Shown here: piece by piece, positions 30,712-40,101 of the stretch
Numbering within the stretch: the first letter of the stretch is position 1
Layout: every line of letters starts with the position of its first letter
NCBI GenBank assembly: GCA_963811105.1
Contig: CAWEPZ010000011.1
Location: forward strand, 1,408,001-1,472,000
Direction of reading: 5' to 3'
Source of the DNA: Candidatus Bathyarchaeota archaeon
GTDB taxonomy: Archaea > Thermoproteota > Bathyarchaeia > Bathyarchaeales > Bathycorpusculaceae
DNA length: 64,000 nt
Made by a program: the position numbers and the translations under genes
Notes under the pieces: model-generated
Database searches by the model: none
What the model saw: only the letters and a program-made list of their open reading frames with translations
Told to the model about the DNA's origin: nothing

Positions 30712-31257
30712 ATGGCACAAGACAACAAGGGAGTAACCTATTCATTTGATGTATGTGGTCAATGCAGACGCATCTGCTGTCAAGACGCAAAACCCCCATT
30801 AACCAAAAAACGAAAAAAAATCATCGAAGAATACCTAAAAAAACAAAAAATAAACGTTGAACAACCATTTGCCAGAGAACAGTATTCCTATCCGGCAGTT
30901 GACGAACTTGTTTTCTGCAGGCTCTTTAACAAGTTAACAGGAAAATGCTCCGTTCACCCAGTCAAACCTGAAACATGCGTAGCTGGACCCATAACTTTTG
31001 ACATAAATTTTAAAACAAAGAAAGTTGAGTGGTTTCTTAAAAGAGATTCAATTTGCGCTTTTGCAGGGATTTTATACAAAAATAAAAATGTTTTCGAGGA
31101 ACATGTTGAAGCAGCTAAGAAAGAGTTAACTCAGCTTATATGTGAACTTGGGCTTGAAGAATTGCTTGCCGTCGTTAAAGTTGAGGAACCGCAAACTTTC
31201 AAAATCGGTGAAGATGACTTGCCCTTGGAAGTTTCTCGCAAGCTTGATTTAAGATAA
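30712..31257 (+). CDS. YkgJ-family CxxCxxCC cysteine-cluster protein
   Basis: CGQCRRICC, CRLF, CSVHPVKPETCVAGP. Confidence 0.85.
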   Translation: MAQDNKGVTYSFDVCGQCRRICCQDAKPPLTKKRKKIIEEYLKKQKINVEQPFAREQYSYPAVDELVFCRLFNKLTGKCSVHPVKPETCVAGPITFDINFKTKKVEWFLKRDSICAFAGILYKNKNVFEEHVEAAKKELTQLICELGLEELLAVVKVEEPQTFKIGEDDLPLEVSRKLDLR

Positions 31258-31258
31258 T

Positions 31259-31588
31259 TTATAGGAAGCCAGCTTCCCTTAATTTAAGTGCCGCAGCAAT
31301 GTTGCCTTTGAACTTGATTTTTCCGGTAAAAAAGGCTTTTTCAGCGCTTAATTTTTTGTTTACCATATCCATGAAGTCTGTATCCGAGGCTTTCAAAGTT
31401 AATGAAGGTGATGGATGAGTTCCTTTCGTTATTTGTAGTTTTTGGTCTTTGACGATGACTACCCACTCGCCTCCGCTTGGACCGTTTAATATTAGTTGAA
31501 TTATAACATCAATGCCTGCGGTTTTCTCAGGTTTGAATCTTGCAGGTAGAGCTTCTTGAAAAAAGTTATTAGGCGTTGTGGCTTCCAT
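31259..31588 (-). CDS. SCP2 sterol/lipid-binding domain protein
   Basis: GGEWVVIVKDQK, LSAEKAFFTGKIKFKGN. Confidence 0.88.
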   Translation of the reverse strand: MEATTPNNFFQEALPARFKPEKTAGIDVIIQLILNGPSGGEWVVIVKDQKLQITKGTHPSPSLTLKASDTDFMDMVNKKLSAEKAFFTGKIKFKGNIAAALKLREAGFL

Positions 31589-31646
31589 GATTTCAACCGT
31601 TTCTAGCTATTCTGCTTGACTTAAGTTATTTGAACTTATTGTTAGT

Positions 31647-32405
31647 TTAGCGGAAGAGGTCTCTTTCTTTTGCTCTTATTAGTTCAGTTGGCGGGATGTT
31701 ATCGTTTGATTGGTAATTGTATCCGCGAATGATGGCTGCTGGTATTCCCTCATTTGCTTGACCGATAACCAATTCTGCTGCTGAAGCTAACTCGTCGCCG
31801 ATTGCGGTTTGCTTAACTTTAAGAACGTACCCGAAAAGGTCTTTTTCGCCTCGCCTGTCTCTAATAGGTTTAAGGCCTGCAACGCCAACAGCCACGTTAA
31901 TTTCTCCCAGTCGAAAAGGTCTGCCATGCGTATCAGAAACAATTACTGCAACATTGGTTCCGGTTAACCGCTTAATTTCTTGCCTGATGTTTTGTGCAGA
32001 TGCATTGGGGTTTTTTGGTAATGGCACGACGTTTCTGTTGCCTGAAACATTAGATCTGTCAACGCCAGCATTAGCGCTGACGCTTCCACTTTTCGTTTCT
32101 GTTATAATGCTGTTTTGAGCAATCCGAACGATGTCTGAGGATTCTCTTAGTATGACTTCAACGAGGGCTGGATCCTTGTTTGTTTTTTGTGCGATTTCTA
32201 TGGCTTTTTCTGAAGGAATTATTTCGTCAAGATTGATTATGTTTCCTTCTGCTTTTGAAACGACTACATGTGTTATGACAATGATGTCCTTATCTTGTAG
32301 AGGTGTCTTCTGCTTTTTGGCAGCGTTTACGATAAGCTCTCCCAAGTTGTCTTTCGGCTTTATTAATGGTAAACCTTCAACTGCGATTATTTCTACCGGC
32401 TCCAT
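31647..32405 (-). CDS. cofE: Coenzyme F420-0:L-glutamate ligase
   Basis: VVSKAEG, SANAGVDRSN, VSDTHGRPFRLG, DELASAAELVIGQ. Confidence 0.94.
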   Translation of the reverse strand: MEPVEIIAVEGLPLIKPKDNLGELIVNAAKKQKTPLQDKDIIVITHVVVSKAEGNIINLDEIIPSEKAIEIAQKTNKDPALVEVILRESSDIVRIAQNSIITETKSGSVSANAGVDRSNVSGNRNVVPLPKNPNASAQNIRQEIKRLTGTNVAVIVSDTHGRPFRLGEINVAVGVAGLKPIRDRRGEKDLFGYVLKVKQTAIGDELASAAELVIGQANEGIPAAIIRGYNYQSNDNIPPTELIRAKERDLFR

Positions 32406-32573
32406 GTTTAGTTGTCCTCTTGAACACAGTGTTTTGTGCTACTTACGCACATTAACTATAAAACTTCTCTCCTGGGAAACCAAGAGGGCATACAAGTTAT
32501 CTTCCTGTAAGTCGGGGTGCGACAGCTTTTTAAAGCATATAATTAATTACAATTCCTCAGGAGCGAACCAAGG

Positions 32574-32858
32574 ATGGATTACCCTAAACTAGTTGAATTG
32601 GTTCCTGATGAAAAATTGGGGCCATTATCTGATCAACTGCTCAGTTTTATTTTAACCACTAAAAATGAAGGAAAAATGCCAACTAAACTTGCTAACACAA
32701 TGCTTTCTAAGATGCAGCAGGGAGCAATAAAAAGCAAAACTGGAGTTGCAATCTTAATTGAAGCCGCAATTTTGCTTGAACCAGAAAAAACCATGACGGC
32801 AATAGGTGAAATGCAAATGCCACAGTTGGCAGAAGAAATAAAGAAAGGAGGCATGTAA
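32574..32858 (+). CDS. Hypothetical alpha-helical protein co-transcribed with mer
   Basis: 94 aa with a GGAG RBS; ends 1 bp before mer and contains mer's GGAGG RBS. Confidence 0.75.
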   Translation: MDYPKLVELVPDEKLGPLSDQLLSFILTTKNEGKMPTKLANTMLSKMQQGAIKSKTGVAILIEAAILLEPEKTMTAIGEMQMPQLAEEIKKGGM

Positions 32859-32859
32859 A

Positions 32860-33855
32860 TTGGCACTAAAGTTTGGTATTGAATTTGTTCCAAAAGAACC
32901 TTACTGGAAACTTGCTGCCTACGCGATACAAGCTGAAAACTGCGGCTTCGATAATCTTTGGGTAACTGACCATTTCGGTAACCGCAACGTTTACGTTACT
33001 TTGGCGGCTGCAGCCCTATATACTAACAAAATCACCTTCGGCACAGGCGTAACTAACCCATGGATGGTTAACCCGGTCATAACTGCACAAGCAATTGCAA
33101 CACTAAATGAGTTGGCCCCTGGAAGAGTTGTCCTTGGAATGGGAGCAGGAGACAAAACCACTCTTGAGGCCGTCGGCATAGACATGGGCAAACCATTAGC
33201 CGCTGTAAGAGAAGCCATAGACATGTTCCGCAAACTAACAGCTGGCGAAAAAGTTGCTTTCCAAGGTGAAGTCTTCAAAGCAGCAGGCGCCAAACTGAAC
33301 TTTAAACCAGCAAACAAAATCCCAGTTTACGTTGGGGCACAGGGTCCAAAGATGCTGGAGATGGCTGGAAAAATCGGCGACGGTGTCCTCATCAATGCGA
33401 GCCACCCAAGTGACATAGAATTCGCTGTTAAGATGGCAAGTGAAGGAATGAAGCAGGCAGGCAAATCACCAAGTGACGTTGATATAACGGCATATACTTC
33501 ATTCTCAGTTAACGAGGACCCGAAAAAAGCAGTGAAAGCCGCAACACCAGTCGTAGCATTCATAGTTGCAGGCAGTCCACCGCCAGTGCTTGAAAAACAC
33601 AAAATAGATGTAGCTAAAGCAGACGAACTTCGTGCAGCGTTGAAAGTCGGTGACTTCCCAAAAGCCTTAGCAGCAGTTACACCAGAAATGATTGATGCTT
33701 TCTCTATATGCGGCACACCAGATGTTTGCATTGAGAAAATCGCGGGTCTGCAAAAAATCGGCATCAGCCAATTCGTAGTCGGCTCGCCAATCGGTACAAA
33801 CGTTAAGAACTCAATTGACTTAATCGGCAGCAAAATCATCCCCCGCTTTAAATAA
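32860..33855 (+). CDS. mer: F420-dependent methylene-H4MPT reductase
   Basis: KFGIEFVP, WVTDHFGNRNVY, GTGVTNP, GAGDKTTL, VGAQGPKML, LINASHP, FVVGSPIG. Confidence 0.92.
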   Translation: MALKFGIEFVPKEPYWKLAAYAIQAENCGFDNLWVTDHFGNRNVYVTLAAAALYTNKITFGTGVTNPWMVNPVITAQAIATLNELAPGRVVLGMGAGDKTTLEAVGIDMGKPLAAVREAIDMFRKLTAGEKVAFQGEVFKAAGAKLNFKPANKIPVYVGAQGPKMLEMAGKIGDGVLINASHPSDIEFAVKMASEGMKQAGKSPSDVDITAYTSFSVNEDPKKAVKAATPVVAFIVAGSPPPVLEKHKIDVAKADELRAALKVGDFPKALAAVTPEMIDAFSICGTPDVCIEKIAGLQKIGISQFVVGSPIGTNVKNSIDLIGSKIIPRFK

Positions 33856-33863
33856 GCATGTTA

Positions 33864-33879
33864 GCGCCCAAACGGGCGC
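33864..33879 (+). terminator. GC-rich hairpin after mer
   Basis: GCGCCC-AAAC-GGGCGC, followed by a T-rich tract. Confidence 0.5.
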
Positions 33880-33965
33880 ATCTAAATATTTTTAGGCAAC
33901 CAGCTAAACAAACTAAGAAATAACAGCTGTAATGCTTGTAATGGATGTTCTCGTGGTGCCTCTAA

Positions 33966-34604
33966 ATGGTTGTCTATGCGATTGTGCCAGTAAAGAGAAT
34001 TGGTGTTTCTAAGAGACGGCTCTCTCAAAGCTTAAGCTTGCAGGAACGTAAATCTTTAACCGTCGCCATGCTTGAGGACGTTTTGCAGGCGCTGAAGGCA
34101 TCAGTTGTTAGCAAAGTCTTAGTTGTAAGCAATGACCTGAATGTTCGGCCGATTGCTGAACGGTATGGCGTTTCCTTCTTTTCTCCTCTTCGCAAAGGTT
34201 TGAATTCTGCCATTGAAGAAGCATTTGTTTGGTGTATGAGAAACAAAGCTGATTCAGTACTTGTCCTCCCAGCTGACATTCCCCTCGTAGCACCCAAAGA
34301 CATTGATATAATGGTAAAATTGGGATCCGATGGAAGACGAGTACTCTTGGTTCCTTCCAGAGATTGTGGTACAAACGCTTTTTTCCAATGCCCACTACAT
34401 CTGGTCCGTGCTTGTTTTGGCCCTGACAGTTTCATCAAACACGCGAAGGAAGCGTGCGTTAATGGGGTTTGTGTTAAGTTTTATTATTCGCTGGGTGTAG
34501 GTTTGGATATTGATTCGGTTGAAGATCTGCAGGTTTTGCTTAAGGTTGAAAATAGCACGTTAAGTAAACAGGCTTTGCAGAAATTTAAGTTGACAAAAAA
34601 TTGA
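33966..34604 (+). CDS. cofC: 2-phospho-L-lactate/PEP guanylyltransferase
   Basis: AIVPVK..SKRRLS, AMLEDVL, GLNSA, LPADIP, GTNA, LDIDSVEDL. Confidence 0.9.
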   Translation: MVVYAIVPVKRIGVSKRRLSQSLSLQERKSLTVAMLEDVLQALKASVVSKVLVVSNDLNVRPIAERYGVSFFSPLRKGLNSAIEEAFVWCMRNKADSVLVLPADIPLVAPKDIDIMVKLGSDGRRVLLVPSRDCGTNAFFQCPLHLVRACFGPDSFIKHAKEACVNGVCVKFYYSLGVGLDIDSVEDLQVLLKVENSTLSKQALQKFKLTKN

Positions 34605-34642
34605 AAAAATAGGTTTTTTGTTACCTATTCTTTTAGGGATGT

Positions 34643-35341
34643 TTAAGCGCGTGGAACGCCGATTAGGCGGATACCTGCACCTTTAATCTTATAGCGTATG
34701 TTTATGGCTATGAGCGCTGCAGTCATGGTTTCAACAATAACGGCGTTTTGTATCATGCCAGCGTCGAAAGCGTCAATGCCTACTTTTTTAATTAAGCTTA
34801 TGACCATGTCGCGTGTTTCTCTATCTGCACCAACAACAAGAACATCTGTTTCTATTTTTTCGTCAAATTTTTCTAGTTGTTCAGGGCTGATGTTTTGGAA
34901 TGCATCGACAACTTTGGTTTCTGCGCCGAAGAAGTTTTGGATTTCCATTGCGATCGATCCGTTTGGGTTGATTCGTGCTCTGCTTTTCTTTTCTGCATCA
35001 AGTGATGAGGCGATGTTTATGATTATTTTTCCTGCTGCGGCGGGTTTGATGTCTTCAAGAATGGGTTTCATGCCATCATAGGGTACCGCAAGCAAAACAA
35101 TGTCAGCTTTGGCTGTTGCATCTCTATTAGTGTAACCTTCGACATTTTTTAAATTAAATTGTGTGTTCATGTTGTTTGCGGTTGTTTGTGCTTTCAGAGC
35201 ATCTCTGGAACCGATCAAAGTCCGGACGCCTACTTTTGCGAAACGTGCAGCTATTGCGCTTCCTTCTTTGCCTGTGCCGCCGATTATGGCGAGCGAGGGA
35301 TTAGGGTTAGACATTTTCTTTTTCCTCTTGAGCTTAGTCAT
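34643..35341 (-). CDS. npdG: NADPH-dependent F420 reductase (F420H2:NADP+ oxidoreductase)
   Basis: IIGGTGKEG, IGSRDALKA, LAVPY, AFQNIS, LIAINIRYK..AGIRLIG. Confidence 0.92.
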   Translation of the reverse strand: MTKLKRKKKMSNPNPSLAIIGGTGKEGSAIAARFAKVGVRTLIGSRDALKAQTTANNMNTQFNLKNVEGYTNRDATAKADIVLLAVPYDGMKPILEDIKPAAAGKIIINIASSLDAEKKSRARINPNGSIAMEIQNFFGAETKVVDAFQNISPEQLEKFDEKIETDVLVVGADRETRDMVISLIKKVGIDAFDAGMIQNAVIVETMTAALIAINIRYKIKGAGIRLIGVPRA

Positions 35342-35569
35342 GTTTGATTGTTTTTATTTTTTTCGGGTGTTTGGATGATTTAATATGCGATAAACGTTAG
35401 TGGTTTCTTGCTCTTTTCTCTCCTCAAACGTCTCTCTATATTTTGGCAGAACGGCCAAATGGGTGTGCGTAACGATAGTTGTTTATCAATTGATGCCGAG
35501 AAGGTAATTTTTTGAACTGTTTGTTTTGGGTTGCTTTTTTTAATTTAAGCTTGAATTGTTTGCAGGTTG

Positions 35570-35645
35570 AGTCCCTAAAAAGTCAATAGAAGTCAGTTTG
35601 AGTCAATAAAAGTCTAAATTAGTCAAAAAAAATCGATGCCGTCAA
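35570..35645. repeat. Helically phased AGTC repeat array (10-bp period)
   Basis: AGTC starts at 35570, 35581, 35591, 35601, 35611 and 35621, with degenerate AATC at 35631 and CGTC at 35640. Confidence 0.7.
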
Positions 35646-35913
35646 ACCAGCGCTTTAATCGTAAGGTTGTTGTCTCTATCTTTTGCTAATAGGAAATATG
35701 CTCCGATAGCAAAAAACGGTATTATCCGATTTAGAATTTGTTTACACTTTGGTTAAGTTTCATGGCCCCTATGAATTTGTTTAAAATATTAAGCAAATCC
35801 TCATTTTCTTAGCAAGCACTTAATTCACGAAGAACATTTTTCATAGAACTCGAATTGTAAGTTGTTTTCAAACGATCGCCTTTGCCATTAAGCGGCTTTG
35901 CGACAAAATTAAT

Positions 35914-36099
35914 TCATGACCCTTTGTTATTCGCTTTAGCCTTAGTGATAATGACGTAGACTCTTCTTCCAATATATTTTTTTGGCACATCTGCTTTAGC
36001 TGACGTACCTATTGGAGTGACGACTCTTTCTAAGAAACCTTCCACTTCGGTGTCACTTAGCAGTAAGCCATTTTTGTTAAGCTCGACACGTCTAGGCAT
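35914..36099 (-). CDS. DUF2080-family transposase-associated small protein
   Basis: VVTPIGTSAKADVPKKYIGRRVYVII; lies inside the IS. Confidence 0.85.
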   Translation of the reverse strand: MPRRVELNKNGLLLSDTEVEGFLERVVTPIGTSAKADVPKKYIGRRVYVIITKAKANNKGS

Positions 36100-36174
36100 T
36101 CAACCACCTACAATGAGCTATCTATAGATAGCTATAAATACTTTTTCATACATAAAATCAATCGTTAACTTGCC

Positions 36175-37284
36175 ATGTCAACAAAGCACAAACTAACCAC
36201 AAAAAAACTCCAAGAAACAATCTCACAAATAAGAAAAGGCAATTTTCCCTACAAAACAAAAGAGCCAAAAAAGATAGACTTCACAAAGTACAACACAGCC
36301 CAAATAAACGAAATAGCTGACGTACTGGAAACCATACGCGACATCGTAGACAAAGCATACGGAAGGCTTCAACATACAAGCATAGTCCAAAAAGGACCTG
36401 GAAGGCCATCTATCTCCATGAAAGACGTCGTTAAAGTGCAGCTGATGGAATCGTACTTCGGAGTTTCCGACAGAGTTTCACAAGGCTTTCTTAGGCTATT
36501 TAGAGAGAAATTAGGAATCGCCTCAGACTTCTCCTATAAAACCATAGAGCGAGGCTACGATCCAGAACGCAGCGAGGAACTACTTGAGGAAATATTGAAG
36601 ATAACAAATGAACTAGGAAATTCTAATGAGAAAAAGTTCAGCATTGACGGCACAGGCGATCCATGCTCAATGAAAGTAAATTATGAGAGTAAACGTTCTC
36701 AACAACGCAGAGAGAAAGAATCTAAAACACGTAACGAAGCTAGCGACTTGTTTCCAGGCAAGAAGCGTGATTTTCAATATTCAGTGTACTCAATAGGCAC
36801 AACCACCAAGATTATAGGCGGTTTTGCTACCACCGATGATCATAGTTATGGTGAGTTGTCTTTTTTCAAAGAGGTTGTTGAAGAGACAATTGGGAATTGT
36901 CCAATGTTTGATACTTTATGTGGCGATGGTATCTACGCAAGCAGGGTTGCTTGTGCTTTATTGGAGGCTTCCGCGATAACTCCTTTTTTTATGCCTAGGT
37001 CAAATGTTACTTTCAGAAGCAGGGGTGTGCCGTTGTGGATGAGTATGTTGATTTCTTTGACGGAGAATCCTCAGCAGTGGCTTGAAGCTTATCATGATCG
37101 TTCTATGTCGGAAACTGGCAATTCTATGCTAAAGCGAAGAGAGCCTGCTAAAATCAGAAAGAGGCTTAGTGATAGAAAGGGAACGCAAGAGGCTCTGAAA
37201 TTTATGGTACACAATATTCGGCAAATATGCTACCTAAGATACCTTGCTCCAAAGCTACTCAGACATAATATCATTGAAGACTAA
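36175..37284 (+). CDS. DDE transposase (IS4/IS5 superfamily)
   Basis: SIDGTG, CGDGIY, YHDRSMSETGNSMLKR (YREK signature); the stop codon lies in the right inverted repeat. Confidence 0.9.
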   Translation: MSTKHKLTTKKLQETISQIRKGNFPYKTKEPKKIDFTKYNTAQINEIADVLETIRDIVDKAYGRLQHTSIVQKGPGRPSISMKDVVKVQLMESYFGVSDRVSQGFLRLFREKLGIASDFSYKTIERGYDPERSEELLEEILKITNELGNSNEKKFSIDGTGDPCSMKVNYESKRSQQRREKESKTRNEASDLFPGKKRDFQYSVYSIGTTTKIIGGFATTDDHSYGELSFFKEVVEETIGNCPMFDTLCGDGIYASRVACALLEASAITPFFMPRSNVTFRSRGVPLWMSMLISLTENPQQWLEAYHDRSMSETGNSMLKRREPAKIRKRLSDRKGTQEALKFMVHNIRQICYLRYLAPKLLRHNIIED

Positions 37285-37394
37285 TTTTGTCGCAAAGCCC
37301 CATTACGAGAAAAATTAAAATACCATAATTCTGCCGAGCGAAAAAAGCGTAAAAGAAATAAAAAGAAGAACGTCAAAGGCTAAACCTTAACGGT

Positions 37395-37583
37395 TTAGCA
37401 GAGGTCGTGATCGCAATTGCAATTGTGATCTGATGAGTTACCATCTATGTATTTTTGGGGGTTTGCTTCGAAGGATTTTTTGCATCCTGGAGCGCAGAAA
37501 TAGTAGTATTTGCCTTGGTAGATTGTTTTGTACTTTGCAGTTTTCTCATCTACATCCATGTTGCATACTAAATCTTTAGCCAT
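37395..37583 (-). CDS. YHS/TRASH domain copper chaperone
   Basis: DLVCNMDVD, YQGKYYYFCAPGCKKSF; His/Cys-rich tail. Confidence 0.9.
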   Translation of the reverse strand: MAKDLVCNMDVDEKTAKYKTIYQGKYYYFCAPGCKKSFEANPQKYIDGNSSDHNCNCDHDLC

Positions 37584-37617
37584 ACTTTTTTCACCTCCAT
37601 TGCTTGATGTCTTGTGA

Positions 37618-40050
37618 TTAGATTTTTGGTTTAAATCTTCTGAGGAGTGAAGCGTTGGTAACTACGGTTACTGAGCTGCTTGCCATGGCCGCTGCCGCGT
37701 AGACTGGATTGAATAGCACATGTATAATGGGATAGAAGGCGCCGGCTGCCAACGGAATGAGTACGATGTTGTAGAAGAAAGCCCAGAACAGGTTCTGCCG
37801 AATTTTCTTCATTGTAGCGCGGCTCAACTGGATTGCTACAACTACATCTCGCAAATCGTTCTTTATTAGCACAATGTCACCTGTTTCAATAGCCACGTCT
37901 GTTCCGCTGCCCACAGCTATCCCAATGTTTGCCTGGGCCAATGCGGGTGCATCGTTTATGCCGTCTCCCACCATGGCGACAACTTTGCCCTCTGCCTGAA
38001 GCCTCTTTATTTCCGTGGCTTTTTCGCTTGGAAGCACCTCAGAAAGCACGCGGTCAACACCCACTTGTCTTGAGATGGCGTTGGCTGTTCTTTGATTATC
38101 GCCTGTAATCATGATGACCTCTAAGCCCATTTGCTGAAGAGTTCTCACAGCCTCAGCAGAATGTTCATTTAAGGTATCAGCCACAGCTATCAACCCTGCA
38201 AGTTGGTTGTCTACCGCAAGGAGCATCGCGGTTTTTCCTTCTTCCTCAAGCCCTTTCATCTTAGCGTCAAACGTACCAATGTCCAGGTTGTTTACTTCCA
38301 TGAGTCTGCGGTTACCTAACAATATTTTAGCGCCTTTATGCTCTACTTCCACTCCATATCCCGGAAGGGCGTTGAAGACGTCGGGCTCATCAATCAGGAG
38401 GCGTTTCTCTTTTGCCTTCTTTACTATGGCTTCTCCAAGTGGGTGTTCTGAGTTTTTCTCTGCGATGCTGGCTAGCTGTAAAAGTTGGTCTTCTTTGAAC
38501 GCTTCGGTTGGGAAAATATTCGTGACTTCCGGCTCGCCTTTGGTGAGTGTTCCTGTTTTATCGAAAACTATCGTTTGAAGCTTGTAAGCTGCTTCCAATG
38601 TTTCGCCGTTTTTAATTAAAATTCCGTTTTCTGCTCCCTTCCCAACCCCAACCATAATGGCTGTGGGAGTAGCAAGTCCAAGAGCGCAGGGACAAGCAAC
38701 AATTAACACAGCGATGAAAACGGTAAGGGCAAAAATGAAGGTCGCGCCAGCTATGAAATACCATATTAACGCTGACAGAGTCGCAGTTATTATGATGGCT
38801 GGAACAAAGTACCCTGACGCGATATCTGCTAGTCTTTGAATAGGTGCTTTGGAACTTAAAGCATCTTCAACCATGCTTATGATCTGGGCAAGAACTGTGT
38901 CTTTGCCTACTTTGGAAGCTTTGAATTTCAGCACCCCAGTTTTATTCATGGTGGCACCCACCACTTGGTCGCCGCTTTTCTTCTCAACAGGTATGCTTTC
39001 GCCTGTGATAACTTTCTCATCTACTGCTGAGTACCCTTCTGTAATGATGCCGTCAACGGGAATTTTTTCTCCTGGTCTAACAACCACAATGTCTCCTACC
39101 TGGACATCTTCAATCGGTATTTCCTGTTCTTCGCCATTTCTAATTATTCTGGCAGTTTTTGCTTGAAGACCCATGATTTTTCTTATGGCTTCTGAGGTTC
39201 TGCCTTTTGCTATGGCATCTAAGAGTTTTCCAAGCAAAATGAAGCTCATGATCATTGTGGCTGTATCAAAGAAAACTCCGGCGCCAGGGAACAGTGTAGG
39301 TGCAAAAGTAACTGCAGTACTATAGAGCCAAGCGGTGGATGTTCCCATGGCGATCAAGGTATCCATGTTGGCGGTTTTGTTTCTCAAGCCCTTATATGCG
39401 CCAACGTAAAAGGTCCATCCGACAATGAATTGCACAGGAGTTGCCAAAATAAACATTAAAATGTTGTTTTGTTCCCTAGGCAAAACAGGGAACAACATCA
39501 AGAGGATGATGGGGAGTGTCAATGCAACGCTTGCTGCCAGAAGGATTTTCAGGCGTCGAATGTGTCGTTGGCGCTCTTTGCCTTCAGCATCCTGGCCGGT
39601 TTTTTCGGCTTCGATGATTTGGTAACCAACGTCGTGTATGGTTTTGCTGATTCCAGCGAGGCTTATTTGCTCAGGGTTATATTCAACGGTGACTTTTTCT
39701 GCAGCAAAGTTGACGCTTGCGTTGTAAACGCCTTCTTTGCTTTTTAATGCTTTTTCTATGCTTTGGGCGCAGTTAACGCAGCTCATGCCGCCTATTTGTA
39801 GTACGATTTTCTCATGGATAACTCGGTATCCTGATTCAGCGATGGTGTTTTCTATGGTTTTCTGGTCGATGAGGTCTGGGTTGTATTCTATGATTGCTTT
39901 TTCGGCGGCGAAGTTGACAGTGGCGCGTGTTACGCCGTTTAGTTTAGAGAGTGCTTTCTCTATTGAGAGTGAGCAGTTTATACAGCTCATGCCGCCGATG
40001 TTGAGAGTAATTTTTTTGTTTTTTTCTTGGCTCATGTTGGTTGCCTTCAC
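37618..40050 (-). CDS. copA: Cu(I)-translocating P1B-type ATPase with two HMA domains
   Basis: [43 protein letters not shown] and MASSS. Confidence 0.95.
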   Translation of the reverse strand: MKATNMSQEKNKKITLNIGGMSCINCSLSIEKALSKLNGVTRATVNFAAEKAIIEYNPDLIDQKTIENTIAESGYRVIHEKIVLQIGGMSCVNCAQSIEKALKSKEGVYNASVNFAAEKVTVEYNPEQISLAGISKTIHDVGYQIIEAEKTGQDAEGKERQRHIRRLKILLAASVALTLPIILLMLFPVLPREQNNILMFILATPVQFIVGWTFYVGAYKGLRNKTANMDTLIAMGTSTAWLYSTAVTFAPTLFPGAGVFFDTATMIMSFILLGKLLDAIAKGRTSEAIRKIMGLQAKTARIIRNGEEQEIPIEDVQVGDIVVVRPGEKIPVDGIITEGYSAVDEKVITGESIPVEKKSGDQVVGATMNKTGVLKFKASKVGKDTVLAQIISMVEDALSSKAPIQRLADIASGYFVPAIIITATLSALIWYFIAGATFIFALTVFIAVLIVACPCALGLATPTAIMVGVGKGAENGILIKNGETLEAAYKLQTIVFDKTGTLTKGEPEVTNIFPTEAFKEDQLLQLASIAEKNSEHPLGEAIVKKAKEKRLLIDEPDVFNALPGYGVEVEHKGAKILLGNRRLMEVNNLDIGTFDAKMKGLEEEGKTAMLLAVDNQLAGLIAVADTLNEHSAEAVRTLQQMGLEVIMITGDNQRTANAISRQVGVDRVLSEVLPSEKATEIKRLQAEGKVVAMVGDGINDAPALAQANIGIAVGSGTDVAIETGDIVLIKNDLRDVVVAIQLSRATMKKIRQNLFWAFFYNIVLIPLAAGAFYPIIHVLFNPVYAAAAMASSSVTVVTNASLLRRFKPKI

Positions 40051-40101
40051 TTGAGTTTCATTTGTTTTTCTCTAAGTCGAATTCATTTTTAGAAAAGGCT
40101 G

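Larger units (their letters stand above)
35894..37299 (+). mobile_element. Insertion sequence, IS5/IS903-like, 1406 bp, carrying a DDE transposase and a divergent DUF2080-like gene
   Basis: Perfect 18-bp terminal inverted repeats GGCTTTGCGACAAAATTA (35894-35911 and 37282-37299); flanks CCATTAAGC and CCATTACGA share 6 of 9 bases, a possible eroded target-site duplication. Confidence 0.9.

Noticed and set aside
31647-35341. Methanogenesis inferred from mer and F420 genes
   Set aside because: No mcr or mtr genes in the window; Mer and F420 also serve non-methanogenic H4MPT pathways
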